DNA of 64,000 nucleotides from Felis catus (Eukaryota): contig NC_058368.1 in the NCBI RefSeq assembly GCF_018350175.1, positions 130,264,001-130,328,000 of the forward strand, read 5' to 3'. Position numbers and translations under genes: made by a program. Numbering within the stretch: the first letter of the stretch is position 1; each line of letters starts with the position of its first letter. The notes beneath the pieces are model-generated. The model saw only the letters and a program-made list of their open reading frames with translations. It was not told the DNA's origin and ran no database searches. Positions 49,403 through 62,397 of this stretch are shown in pieces.

Positions 49403-51889
49403 ACAGAAAAGTTTCTTGGCTGATGAAATATTTATAAAAAAAATGAACATGTTCTAAACCATAAAGGGTGTTTCAACAAATTTTCAAGACACTTCCTCAT
49501 AGACCACATTCTCTGACCTCATCTTAGAGGAGTATAGAAGAGAAACTTGTGTAATGATGCTACAAAGGAGTCCAGCTTTTTATATAGTTATCTCTATTTC
49601 TTAATACTTGGTTCTATTAAGGAGAGAAGGCATAGTCCCAATTTCTTTTTGAAAACAGTATGAAATACTAGATGAAAGGAAAGAATGTAGTCTTGGGAGG
49701 GTGAGGAGAAAAACAGTGCTCAAATCCTCCCTGTGATCCATACACGTTACCAGTTTCTGAAGTTCCTGGTGCTAGAAAGGTTATTTTGAAATTTTGTGGC
49801 CTTGGCAATGTGTAAAACCAAACATGCTTATGTTTTCAAAGTTTGTTGTTGTTTACACACTTTTTGGTGTCCTTCAAGTGAGGAACTAAAAGGGGCAGAG
49901 GCACTTGGATGTGAGTAATAATATCGGAAACTGCCAAAAATGTAGTCAAAAGGAATAGTTTATCAGTTTCTCTTATAAGGCTTGATCATTTATTATTTCA
50001 GTCAGGCTGATCTGCCTTTTTTTTTCTTTTTTCATGGCAGCTTGAAAAGAATCATATTGTTTAAATAGGTTTCAGTGCAGTTCTTCAAATGAAAGGTTAT
50101 TAACATATTTTTTCACATTATGCAAATAACATTCTGCCTTTGCACTGCTCTGCTGATTTGATGCGGTCTCCAGAATCTCAAAGCCTTCAGAGTTGCATTT
50201 TTTTTAAGCATTACATGTTATGAATTCCATAGGTATATTTGTTAACTTGTTATGTTTTACAGATTTTTCTAATTGCGAAAAAAATGTCAAGACCTTAAAT
50301 ATAGAGGGTAAAGCCAAAATTAGATTATTTTCAAGTTCACTACTCTAATTCTCATTTTTTCAGCTTCAAGGAAAATTGTGTTGCGTTTGTGGCATAAACT
50401 GTCCCATTGATATCACATAGCCTTAAAATTTTTCATTGCAAAATTTTGAAAAACTAACGAATTATCATTTCAGCAGAAATCAGATAACAACAAGGAATAA
50501 AATCACTTCAGTAGAGTACTGGATCTAAAGGAACTTGAAAAAAAAAACAGCAATAGAGAATGGAGGAAAATATTAAATAAAGGCCCATAATTTTGTATCT
50601 AGCATCATTCTAGCTTCTATGATGCTTATTTAGAAAGTAAGGCATGGTCTTTATGTTATATAAGGAATAAACAAGTATTAAATGGGGTTCATGCGAACAG
50701 TAAGACTCCGAGAAAGAGCGGTTTACATGGATGGGAGAAGTTAGGAAGTTGCATAAAATAAATAGGGGCCCTCAATGGACAATGAGGCATGTGTGAAAGA
50801 AGAGGCCAGGGGAGGAAGCATGAGGTCTAGAAAACAGAATGAGTATGATGTGTTTTATGTGGGACAGTAATTTTCTTCAAATTCATTTATCCTCAGAGAG
50901 CATCTGATAAAAATAATTTCCTTTCAAAGGCAAGTTACTTCCAAACACATGTCAATTTATAGGCAAGGTGTCTCAGTTTGATATGGCAGGTGACCCATCA
51001 TAGTTGCAAAGTATCATAAGGGTTTTTATGTTGGTCATTGTTTTTTTTTTTAGTTTTGAAGGTGGGACACCCTGGGTTTAAGATTTCTCATTTATCTGGT
51101 TGAGGACAGTCATTGCTTTTTATTAGATACTCCTTGTAGGTAAATAAAATAAAAATGTAGTGGCTGCTGAATTTCCCGCCACCTCCCCCCCCCCCCCCCA
51201 GCTTGCTTTGGAAGATGTAGTAACTGGAGGGCAATTCAAAGACAAAGAAGCCTTGATGTATGAAATGTCACCCTACTGATTGGCAAGCACTGCTGTTCCT
51301 CTTGAGGGTCAATTTTTATCTGAATAGGAGCTGATTCATCACAGGACAGAGGCTTTTGTCTAAGAAACAACACACAGCAAAAACCTCCTGTTTTTGTTTT
51401 TGTTTTTGTTTGTTTGTTTGGTTGGTTGATCCGAATCATGTGTAAAGATAAACTACGTGCTTCTCTATTGTGCTGAGTCCAGGGGCATAGGGCTTTATTG
51501 ATTCTGCTCCCTGCCTGGATTACCCTTTTGCCCCTATGAGTTCTAGACATTTCCAAGGCAGTTATGGAGAATTTATTAGCAGCCTAGAATTTGATCAATT
51601 TTTGTAAATATTTTCTGAATATTCAAAACTAGTCCATATGTTCTGCAGATACAAAGTTTGGTAGAAACTGTATTTTAATTCTATGATTATATTTCTCTGT
51701 TACCAACTGAGATAGGTATATAAAATCTTCTACTTTAACCGGGGTTAAATGAATTTATATTTTGTCATTGTTTTTCTCATAATTTGGTTTTATATATACC
51801 TATCCTATTTTATTCAGCCTTCTGATTTTTTAATATTTCCTTGTTTCCCTTTATTTTCCTGATATTTGGGTTTACTTTGTCGTTTTCTT

Positions 51890-51986
51890 TTTCTTTTTAA
51901 AGTTTATTTATTTTAAGAGACAGAGAACAATTGGGGGAAGGACAGAGAAAGAGGGAGAGAGAGAGGGAGAGGGAGAGGGGGAGAGC

Positions 51987-52038
<52 letters not shown>

Positions 52039-52164
52039 CCCAAGCAGGCTCCACACCATCAGCATGGAGCCTAATGTGGGGCTAGAACTCACAAACTGTG
52101 AGACCATGATCTGAGTCGAAATCAAGAGTCAGATGCTTAACTGACTGATTCACACAGGTGCCTC
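51890..52164 (-). mobile_element. Can-SINE with expanded (GA)n/(GGGA)n tract
   Basis: SINE body and tail. Confidence 0.93.
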
Positions 52165-52254
52165 TTTCTTTGCAATTTTCTATTTTTACTTGGAATTTCT
52201 TTTCTTCTAGTGGATACATGAACTCATACTCTTCTCTATTAAAAAATTTAGTTT

Positions 52255-52450
52255 TATTTTCAACTTGAGTGCCTACTATGTTCCAGGTAGCAAGCTGAGT
52301 GCTTTGCATATGTTATTTAATATTTGCAGCAGCCCTGTAGATATTAGTACCCCACTTTTTTTCAATGAGGAAATAGATTCCTTGACATTAAGTCTCTTGT
52401 TTTAAAACACAAAGCTTCATCAAGGTCAGAATATGAACCCAGGCCTCGGT
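52255..52450 (-). mobile_element. MIR relic
   Basis: ttgagtgcctactatgttccagg…aatgaggaaa…tgaacccagg. Confidence 0.7.
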
Positions 52451-53264
52451 GGCTTCTTTTATGCACTAACTTCAAGCATCTTCCTGCTTTAAAATATTTT
52501 TCTTCGCTCTCATATCCTTTACAAGCTCCTGGGAAGTCATATATCAAATAATCACCCCAAATCTTAATTCCCAGTAATGGTAACAGTTCTATAAACTTAC
52601 TGGGTTCCTGGTTAGTTGGACAGACAGAAACTGTTGTTCAGGGTATAGTGAGCAGACAGAAGAGTCTAGAGAGGTAGGACGGGCCAGATCATGCAGGACC
52701 ATGAGGCCACATTAAGTATGCTGAGAATAACCCAAAAGCAATGGAAAGCCATTGATCAATATGAGGTAGGTGAATAATGTATTTAAATTTGTGTTTTAAA
52801 GGCCCACTCTAGCATCCATTGTGGAGGACAGATTGCAGAGGCCACGTGGATATGGGGAAAACACTAGAATGCTAGAATGCTCTCGCATCTATCCAGACAA
52901 GACATGACTGTGGTTTGGATCAGGCTTGTTGTAATGTAGGTAAAACTTAGTGTACATATTTAAGAAATGTATAGGGGAGAAAGTATCATGAAGAGGAATG
53001 GTTGACTGATAATCCTCATGAGAAACAAGGATTTCATTTTCTTATTTGCCAAAGTAGCCTCCAGTTATCTGGTAGCACCCTTCTGTTTCTGGCACACTGC
53101 CTGCCTCAGGAGCTGTGACTTCACTCAGCATACCATTTACTCCAGGGGGAAATGACACTACAGGTGGGTTCCTCTGCTCATGCCATTCTTGATGCTGGCA
53201 TTCTGCTTAATGAAGTTCATGGTAGATTCTAAATGTTTTGCCAACTCACAAGGTAATATGGATT

Positions 53265-53500
53265 GGGAATGCAAATTCTAGAGCCACAGTCTAGGTTTGA
53301 GTTATGGTTTTGGCATTGTCAGAGTGGTTTGGGGCAAATTGTGTAATTGTTTTCCTTTACTTCTCTATACCTGTAAAATGAGGTTATTTCTGGTACCTCC
53401 TTCACTGGAGTGTTGCGAGGCTTGCGTTGTAATTTACAAAGTACTTAGAACAGGCACCTGGCACATTATAAGTGCTCTGATGTCAGTTACAATTATTAAT
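53265..53500 (+). mobile_element. MIR relic
   Basis: ttggggcaaatt…ctgtaaaatgagg…cttagaacaggcacctggcaca…aagtgctc. Confidence 0.75.
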
Positions 53501-54050
53501 CTGATTTTGCAGTGGCTGGGGATCTGCTAGGCATATAGTCTACTCACTTTCCTGGCAATCACTTCAAGTGTCAGTAAATTTTTTCTCCTCTCTGGTTCCA
53601 CATATGTCATAGATTGTGTAATTAAAATTTTTTTCTGGCTTATGAGTATTATCCAATTTAAAAAATTAATGTTTTACTCTATTTAAAAAAAGTTAGTCTG
53701 AAATCCATAGACAGCCCAGCAGGAATGGTTGCTGGAACTCTCCAGCCCAAGTGTGACTTCAGTCCACAGGCAGTATTACCTCTGCAGGAAAGCATCAGTT
53801 CTAATCTTTTTTTCTAACTTCATTTTTTATTTTTTAAATTTTACATCCAAATTAGTTAGCATATAGTGCAACAATGATTTCAGGAGAGATTCCTTAATGC
53901 CCCTTACCCATTTAGCCCCTCCCCCCTCCCCCACCCCCTCCAGTAACCCTCAGTTTGTTCTCCATATTTTTGAGTCTTTTCTGTTTTGGCCCCCTCCTGT
54001 TTTTATATTATTTTTGTTTCCCTTCCCTTATGTTCATCTGTTTTGTCTCT

Positions 54051-57000
54051 TAAAGTCCTCCTATGAGTGAAGTCATATGATTTTTGTCTTTCTCTGACTA
54101 ATTTCACTTAGCATAATATACTCCAGTTCCATCCACATAGTTGCAAATGGCAAGATTTTATTCTTTTTGATTGCTGAGTAATACCCCATTATATATATAT
54201 ACCACATCTTCTTTATCCATTCATCCATGAATGGACATTTGGGCTCTTTCCATACTTTAGCTATTGTTGATAGTGCTGCTATAAACATGGGGGTGCATGT
54301 GTCCCTTCAAAACAGCACACCTGTATCCCTGGATAAGTGCCTAGTAGTGCAATTGCTGGGTCGTAGGGTAGTTCTATTTTTAATTTTTTGGGGAACCTCC
54401 ATACTGTTTTCCAGAGTGGCTGCCTCAGCTTGCATTGCCACCAACAATGCAAAAGACATCCTCTTTCTCCGCATCCTTGCCAACATCTGTTGTAGCCTGA
54501 GTTGTTAATGTTAGAAATTCTGACAAGTATAAGGTGGTATCTCATTGTGGTTTTGATTTGTATTTGCCTGATGATGAGTGATGTTGAGCATTGTTTCATG
54601 TGTCGGTTGGCCATCTGGATGTCTTCTTTGGAGAAGTGTCTATTCATGTCTTTTGCCCATTTCTTCACTGGATTATTTGTTTTTCGGGTGTTGGGTTTGA
54701 TAAGTTCTTTATAGATTTTGGATACTCACCCTTTATCTGCTGTGTCATTTGCAAATATCTTCTCTAATTCCATCAGTTGTCTTTTAGTTTTGCTGATTGT
54801 TTCCTTCACTGTGCAGAAGCTCTTTATTTTGATGAGGTCCCAATAGTTCATTTTTGCTTTTGTTTCCCTTGCCTCTGGAGATGTGTTGAGTAAGTTGCTG
54901 CAGCTGAGGTCAAAGAGGTTTTTGCCTGCTTTCTCCTTGAGGATTTCGATGGCTTACTGTCTTATGTTTAGGCCTTTCATCCATTTTGAGTTTATTTTTG
55001 TGTATGGTGTAAGAAAGTGGTCCAGGTTCATTTTTTCTGCATGTCGCTGTCCAGTTTTCCCAATGCCATTTGCTGAACAGACTGTCTTTATTCCATTGGA
55101 TATTCTTTCCTGCTTTGTCAAAGATGAGTTGGCCATACATTTGTGGGTCCATTTCTGAGTTTTCTATTCTGTTCCATTGACCTGAGTGTCTGTTCTTGTG
55201 CTAGTACCATACTGTCTTGATGATTACAGCTTTGTAGTATAGCTTGAAGTCTGGGATTGTGTTGCTTCCTGCTTTGGTTTTCTTTTTCAAGATTGCTTTG
55301 GCTATTCAGGGTCTTTTATGATTGCATACAAATTTTAGGATTGTTTGTTCTAGCTCTGTAAAGAATGCTGATGTTACTTTGATAGGGATTACATTGAATA
55401 CGTAGATTGCTTTGGGTAGTATCGACATTTTAACAATATTTGTTCTTCCTCTCCAGGAGCCTGGAATCTTTTTCCATTTCTTTGTGTCTTCTTCAATTTC
55501 TTTCATAAGTTTTCTATAGTTTTCAGTGTATATATTTTTCACCTCTTTGGTTAGATTTATTCCTACGTATTTTATGGTTTTTGGTGCAGCTGTAAATGGG
55601 ATCGATTCCTTGATTTCTTTTTCTGTCACTTCTTTGTTGGTGTATAGGAATGCAACCAACTTCTGTGCATTGATTTTATATTCTGCAACTTTGCTGAATT
55701 CGTGAATCAGTTCTAGCAGTGTTTTGGTGGAATCTTTTGGGTTTTCCATATAGAGTTTCATGTCATCTGCAAAGAGTGAAAGTTTGACCTCTTCCTGGCC
55801 GATTTGGATGCCTTTTATTTCTTTGTGTTGTCTGATTGCAGAGGCTAAGACTTCCAATACTATGTTGAATAACAGTGGTGAGAGTGGACATCCTTGTCTT
55901 GTTCCTGACGTTAGGGGGAAAGCTCTCAGTTTTTCCCCATTGAGGATGATATTAGCATTGTGTTGTTCACATATGGCCTTTATGATCTCGAGGTATGCTC
56001 ATTCAATCCCTACTTTCTTGAAGGGTTTTTATCAAGAAAGGATGCTGTATTTTGTCAAATGCTTTCTCTGCATCTACTGAGAGGATCATATGGTTCTTGT
56101 CCTTTCTTTTATTGATGTGATGAATCACATTGTTTTGTGGATTTTGAACCAGCCCTGCATCCCAGGTATAAAACCTACTTGGTCATGGTAAATAATTTTT
56201 TTAATGTATTGTTGGATCAGGTTGGCTAATATCTTATTGAGGATTTTTGCGTCCATGTTCATCAGGGAAATTGGTCTATAGTTCTCCTTTTTAGTGGCGT
56301 CTCTGTTTGGTTTTGGAATCAAGGTAATGCTGGCTTCATAGAAAAAGTTTGGAAGTTTTCCTTCCATTTCTATTTTTTGGAACAGTTTCAAGAGAATGGG
56401 TGTTAACTCTTCTTTAAATGTTTGGTGGAATTCCCCTGGAAAGCCATCTGGCCCTGGACTCTTGTGTTTTGGGAGATTTTTGATTACTAATTCGATTTCC
56501 TTACTGGTTATGGGTCTGTTAAAATTTTCTATTTCTTCCTGTTTCAGTTTTGGTAATATATATGTTTCTAGGAATTTGTCCATTTCTTCCAGATTGCCCA
56601 TTTTATTGGCATATAGTTGCTCATAATATTCTCTTATTATTGTTTTTATTTCTGTTGCGTTGGTTGTGATCTCCTCTTTCATTCTAGATTTTACTTATTT
56701 GGGTCCTTTCCTTTTTCTTCTGGATCAAACTGGCTAGTGGATTATCAGTTTTGTTAATTCTTTCAAAGAACCAGCTTCCGGTTTCATTGATCTGTTCTGT
56801 TTTTTTTGGTTTTGATAGCATTAATTTCTGCTCTAATCTTTATTATTTCCAGTCTTCTGCTGGTGTTGGGTTTTATTTGCTGTTCTTTTTCCATCTCCTT
56901 AAGGCGTAAGGTTAGGTTGTGTATCTGAGATCTTTCTTCCTTCTTTAGGAAGGCCTGGATTGCTATATACTTTCCTCTTATGACTGCCTTTGCTGCGTCC

Positions 57001-57858
57001 CAGAGATTTTGGGTTGTGGTGCTATCATTTTCATTGACTTCCATATACTTTTTAATTTCTTCTTTAACTGCTTGGTTAGCCCATTCATTCTTTAATAGGA
57101 TGTTCTTCAGTCTCCAAGTATTTATTACCTTTCCAAATTGTTTCTTGTGGTTGATTTCGAGTTTCATAGCATTGTGGTCTGAAAATATGCATGGTATGAT
57201 CTCAATCTTTTTGTACTTACTTAGGGCTGATTTTTGTCCTAGTATATGGTCTATTCTGGAGAATGTTCCATGTTCACTGGAGAAGAATGTATATTCTGCT
57301 GCTTTAGGATGAAATATTCTAAATGTATCTGTTAAGTCCATCTGGTCCAATGTGTCATTCAAAGCCATTGTTTCCTTGTTGATTTTTTGATTAGATGATC
57401 TGTCCATTGCTGTGAGTGGGGTGTTGAAGTCTCCCACTATTATGATATTACTATCGATGAGTTTCTTTGTTTGTGATTAATTGATTTGTATGTTTGGGTA
57501 CTCTGACATTTGGCGCATAAATGTTTACAATTGTTAGGTCTTCTTGGTCTATAGATCCCTTGATTATGATATAATGCCCTTCTGCATCACTTGATACAGT
57601 CTTTATTTTAAAGTCTAGATTGTCTGATATAAGTGTGACTACTCTAGCTTTCTTTTGCTGACCATTAGCATGATTGATGGTTCTCCATCCCCTTATTTTC
57701 GATCTGTAGCTGTCTTTAGGTCTAAAGTGGGTCTCTTGTAAACAGCATATAGATGGGTCTTATTTTCTTATCCATTCTGTTACCCTATGTGTTTTGATTG
57801 GAGCATTGAGTCCATTGACATTTAGAGTGAATACTGAAAGATATGAATTTATTGCCAT
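54051..57858 (-). pseudogene. L1 ORF2p (endonuclease/reverse transcriptase), frameshifted
   Basis: Starts MAINSYLSVFTLNVNGLNAPIK; GDFNTPL, SDHN and FADD motifs in track fragments 56784-57437, 56125-56682 and 55306-55857; broken into several frames. Confidence 0.93.
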
Positions 57859-57925
57859 TATGATGCTTGTAGAGTTGGAGTTTCTGGTGGTGTTCTCTGG
57901 TCCTGTCTAATCTTTTGTTGATTTT

Positions 57926-57927
<2 letters not shown>

Positions 57928-57994
<67 letters not shown>
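57928..57994 (+). repeat. (TA)25 plus T17 in the L1 inter-ORF spacer
   Basis: Direct reading. Confidence 0.95.
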
Positions 57995-58883
57995 CATCTT
58001 TTCTCCCCTCAGAGAGTCCCCCTTAAAATTTCTTGCAGGGCTGGTTTAGTGGTCACAAACTCCTTTAATTTTTGTTTGTCTGGGAAACGTTTAATCTCTC
58101 CTTCTATTTTGAATGACATCCTTGCTGGATAAAGAATTCTTGGCTGCATATTTTTCTGATTCAGCACACTAAATATATCCCGCCACTCCTTTCTGGCCTG
58201 CCAAGTTTCTGTGCATAGGTCTCCTGCAAACCTGATCTGTCTACCCTTGCAGATTAGGGACTTTTTTCCTTGCTGCTTTCACGATTCTCTCCTTGCCTGA
58301 GTATTTTGTGAATTTGACTATGATATGCCTTGTTCATGGTCGGTTTTTGTTGAATCTAATGGGGTTCCTCTGTGCTTCTTGGATTTTGATGTGTGTCTTT
58401 CCCCAGGTTAGGAGTTTTCTGCTATGATTTGCTCACATAACCCTTCTTGCCCCTATTTCTCTCTCTTCCTCCTCTGGGACCTCTATGATTCTGATGTTGT
58501 TCCTTTTTAATGAGTCACTGATTTATAATTCTTAAATCGTGCTCTTTTGCCTTAATCTCCCTCTTTTTTTCTGCTTCATTATTCCCTATAAGTTTGTCCT
58601 GTATTCGGCTGATTCTCTGTTCTGTCTCATCCATCCTTGCTGCCACTGCATCCATCCATGATTGCAGCTCAGTTATAGTATTTTTAATTTCATTCTGGCT
58701 ATTTTTTACTTATTTTATTTCTGCAGAAAGGGATTCTAATCTATTTTTGACTCCAGCTAGTATTCTTATTATTGTGATTCTAAATTCTGGTTCAGACATC
58801 TTGCTTGTGTCTGTGTTGGTTAAATCCCTGGCCATCGTTTCTTCGTGCTCTTTATTTTGGGGTTAATTTCTTCATTTTGTCAT
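57995..58883 (-). pseudogene. L1 ORF1p with premature stops
   Basis: ATG at 58883 reads MTK*RN*PQNKEHEETMARDLTNTDTSKMSEPEFRITIIRILAGV…. Confidence 0.85.
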
Positions 58884-59090
58884 TTTGAAGGGAGAAAAGG
58901 AATTAATGAGGTAGAAAAATTGAAATGAAAAAAATTAAAATTAAAAAAATATTACAATTAAAAATTAAAAACACACACACAAATCGAAAGATGATGCTAG
59001 ATCATAGGTATGTTTTGTTCTGCATGTTGAAAGTGGTTGGACAGATTAGAGACACGAAAAAAATAAGGGGGCAGAGGAAAAAAGGAAATC

Positions 59091-59745
59091 GTTTGAGAAT
59101 TTGAAAAAATGAATACACTAAAGTAGACTAAAATGAGATGATGTGGGTAAAATAGAATTTGAAAAAATATACACAAAAGTAGAGAATATAGTAGAAAAAA
59201 ATTAAAGAAAAATATTTTTAATAAAAATTAAAAAGAAATATGAATTTTTTCATTTTCTGTATTTAAGAAAAAAGAAAAGAAATGAAAAAGAGAAAAAAGA
59301 TAAAAAGAAAAAAGAAAAGAAAAAAGAATCGTTGAAAATTTGAAAAAGTGAACACACTAGTAGACTGAAATAAAATGATGGGAGTAGGATAGAATTTGAA
59401 AAATATTGAAGAAAAGCAAAAAATACAGTAATAAAAATTAAATAAAAATATTTTTAAAACAAATTGGAAGTAAAAATGAAGTTTTTCTCTTTGTGCATTC
59501 AAGAAAAAGAAAAGAAATGAAAAAGAGAAAAAAGAAAAAGAAAAAAAGGAAATTGTTTGAAAATTTGAAAAGGTGAGTACATTGAAGTAGACTAAAATAA
59601 AATGATGGAAGTAGAATTTGAAAAAATTTACACGAAAGTAAAAAATATAGTAATAAAAATTAGATATTTTTAATAAAAATTGAAAATAAAAATGAGTTTT
59701 TTCTTTTTCTGTATTCAAGAAAAAGAAAAGAATTGTAAAAAAGGA
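59091..59745. repeat. Three diverged ~190-240 bp AT-rich tandem units in the L1 5'UTR
   Basis: Units start at 59091, 59331 and 59555 (g(t)ttga(g/a)aatttgaaaa…gtagact…gatg…tagaatttgaaaaa). Confidence 0.9.
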
Positions 59746-59929
59746 AACAGAGAAAAAATTAAATAGATAACTTGCTAACAGATTGAAGTAGGACTGAAAT
59801 TGCTTCGTTTTTCCCTAGAAGTCAGTCCATGTAGCTCTTTATGGTCCATAAATTAAGCCGGCAGTGAGGTTTGTATTAAAGAGTGAAGTCTGCCCAGTTG
59901 GGTGGGCCTCGGTGTATTAGCTCCGCTCT

Positions 59930-59944
59930 CCACTAGATGGCGCT
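59930..59944 (+). promoter_or_regulatory. CTCF-consensus motif in the L1 5'UTR
   Basis: CCACTAGATGGCGCT fits the core CCASYAGRKGGCRS. Confidence 0.55.
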
Positions 59945-60988
59945 GCTAGGCTACTGGGATGGATTGTTTCGGTGCTCCTAGGTACGCATGCGCATAAGCG
60001 GTAAAAATGACGCCACCCAGCTACCCAGTCTGTTCTCCGGGATCAGCAGTCGCGCCTGGTCCTCCATCTTTAGCTCTCTTCCACTCCCCGCTTTTCCACT
60101 TTCCATGACCAGGCCCCAGGCAGTACCTCTCTCCAACGTTTTGTCTCAGATGCGGCTGTTTTTCCCGGCCCCTTACTTCCGAAGGACTGCGGCTTTCACC
60201 ACCCTGCCCCTCTGCAGGAGGGTCTCACTGAGCAATGGCTGAATGTCGGCTGCACCTAGGAACGCTTGCTGGACCCTGCTGATGCCAATGTCCAGAGATT
60301 GCGGCCAGGTGCCAGCCCACCCCCAAAAAAGATTGTGAGACAGTATAGCATCAGAGTTAAAGGGATTATGGAAAATCGCAACCCACATCTGGCACCAGGC
60401 TTCACCCTCAACAACCTTGCCCCAGCACCAGCGAATGTGGCTGCCTTCCAGGGTCTGCTGGGACCAGGTGGCTTCAATAGTCTCTACCAAATCTCCTAGC
60501 AGTGGAACCGCTTTTCCCTGTGTGGCCCGAGAACCTCCCGGACCCCACTCTGTTCCTGGGGATTCACCTTTCCCACCAGAGCTCCGCCAGGTATGAGCTG
60601 CAGAGTTGCAACCTTTGCGCTCTCCTTGTTTACAGTCTTAATGGAATTTAAACCCTTTCCTTTCTCCCTTTTTAGTTTAGTCCCTGCGGCTGTTTCCAAT
60701 TTTCCACTTTCTCTCCAGCTGCTTTTTGGGAGGGGTGCTTTTCCCGTATGCTCCCCCTCCCCAGTCTCTGTCCTCTCTCCACCCTTTTGTGGGGTTCCCT
60801 ACCTTTTGGGGCTTCTTGCTCCCCAAGTTCAGTTCTTCGTGTCGCGTACCTGTTGAATTCTGTGGTTCAGGTTGTGCAGATTGTTGTGTTAATCTTCCAA
60901 TCGGTTTTCTAGGTGTTTAGGATGGTGGAGTGTTGGTCTGGCTGTATTTCATGTACACGAGACCCACAAAAAGCTTCCATGCTGTTCT

Positions 60989-60997
60989 GCCATCTTG
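60989..60997 (-). promoter_or_regulatory. YY1 site at the L1 5' terminus
   Basis: CAAGATGGC about 12 nt from the L1 start, the canonical L1 promoter position. Confidence 0.75.
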
Positions 60998-61008
60998 GCT
61001 CCTCCCTC

Positions 61009-61211
61009 AGCATCAATTCTAATCTTAAAGTACATCAGCTGGTTGAGTTGGAACCACCCAGATTATTTAAAAATAATCTTCTGTGTTTAAGGTCAAGTGA
61101 TTACAGACTTTTATCACATCTACGAAATATCTTCAGGACCGCTTAGATTGGTGTTTGACTGAATAATGGGGCTATAGCCTAACCAAGTTGATACATAAAA
61201 CTGAGCCTCAC
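61009..61211. mobile_element. MLT2-type (ERVL) LTR remnant; its other part (~53615-53808) lies left of the L1
   Basis: Ends …tagcctaaccaagttgatacataaaactgagcctcaca, typical of MLT2-type LTRs; continuous across the L1 TSD. Confidence 0.7.
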
Positions 61212-62397
61212 AGAAAACAATACTTAAAATCTCCTACAAACTAGTTTGTTTCCTTGGGGGGAGGGGGGAGGAGATTATATGGTGTAGGAATACAGTCTTG
61301 GAGAAATCAATTTCAAGCAGCTGGAAAACACTTTTCTCACCCTCAAACTTAGTATTTGAATTTTAGAAATAACTGATGAATTTTGCTATTTCAGATGTAT
61401 TTATTCGGTATTAATTTCCTATCCTTCTCCTCCCACTGTCGCTTCCCCAACACAATTTACTACATTCTGAATCAGGTGACAGAGGCTTCCATTAACTTTT
61501 GGTTGTATAAGTTTCTATATAGCTTTGTTTTCCAACGCAGTATTTAAAAATTCACAAACCTCTTTACCTCTATTCTTTTGTTAGCTCTTCTCTTCTCAAA
61601 AAAGAAGAGAAGCTACAATGTTTTCTCTTTTTTTTTTTTTTTTGTAATCTTAGATCTCTGAATGTGCCATGTAGTACCACCCAACCTCATCCATTACCAC
61701 ATCTTGCCGGAGGCTGGTCAGGATTTCCTGTTCTTCAGGGATCTCTGGCCACCAGCAAAGCCAGTCAAGTAAATAATGATTTTTTACTGTGTGGGTGGAC
61801 TTTGTTGACCCTGCAAAAAATAAAAGATGGGGCACATTCTGAGGGGAGACTATCCCATTTATGTTACTTTAGTTGTGTGATTTTAATTTAGAATGTTCAC
61901 TTCTAGTTAGCCTAATCTTCAGTAAATTGAAATCAGTTGGGGGTAAGACCGAACAAACAGAAAATCTAGGGGAGTCAGTGACTCACTGATGCCAGTCAGA
62001 ACAGCATACTGTGGGGAGAGAAGGAGTTCCAGAAGTTGAGGAGAAAAAAGGCTCAAACAAGTATCAGCTAATTGAATGGCAGTGATGTAAAAGAAAGGGA
62101 AATATCAGGGAAATGCCAGAAGCCACAAAAGCTAAGCAAATGGGGAGAAGACTGTAAAATAAATAAATGATATCATGTCTGGAAAAATATGGCCAGAGGA
62201 CTTTGAGAAAGGATGGTTTATTTTCCTCAACTCTGATGTCCTGAGTTCATTAACATTATGTTTGGTCAAAAGCTCCTAAGAATTATTTCATTGGGATTAT
62301 TAGTTTTTAAACTTGCCATTAATTTACTTCCCCTCCATTAACTCAAATAAGTTTTTACTCATTGGTTTATTTCACTTTTTTCAGATATGCTCTAAAC

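Larger units (their letters stand above)
53809..61008 (-). mobile_element. Full-length felid LINE-1 (7.2 kb), inactivated
   Basis: 5' end GAGGGAGGAGCCAAGATGGC; GC-rich 5'UTR, ORF1, ORF2, 3'UTR and poly(A); 18-bp TSD with one mismatch agcatca(g/a)ttctaatctt (53791-53808, 61009-61026). Confidence 0.97.

Noticed and set aside
50120..50127. Perfect octamer ATGCAAAT
   Set aside because: An 8-mer expected by chance in AT-rich 64 kb; no proper adjacent Sox site
59091..59745. Repeat-spacer-like periodicity (CRISPR-like)
   Set aside because: Long diverged AT-rich units inside a mammalian L1 5'UTR; no identical short repeats with unique spacers and no cas genes
61654..61768. Possible plus-strand exon after a T-rich tract
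   Set aside because: Weak donor (CAA|GTAAAT) and unrecognisable peptide; the T run alone explains the acceptor look
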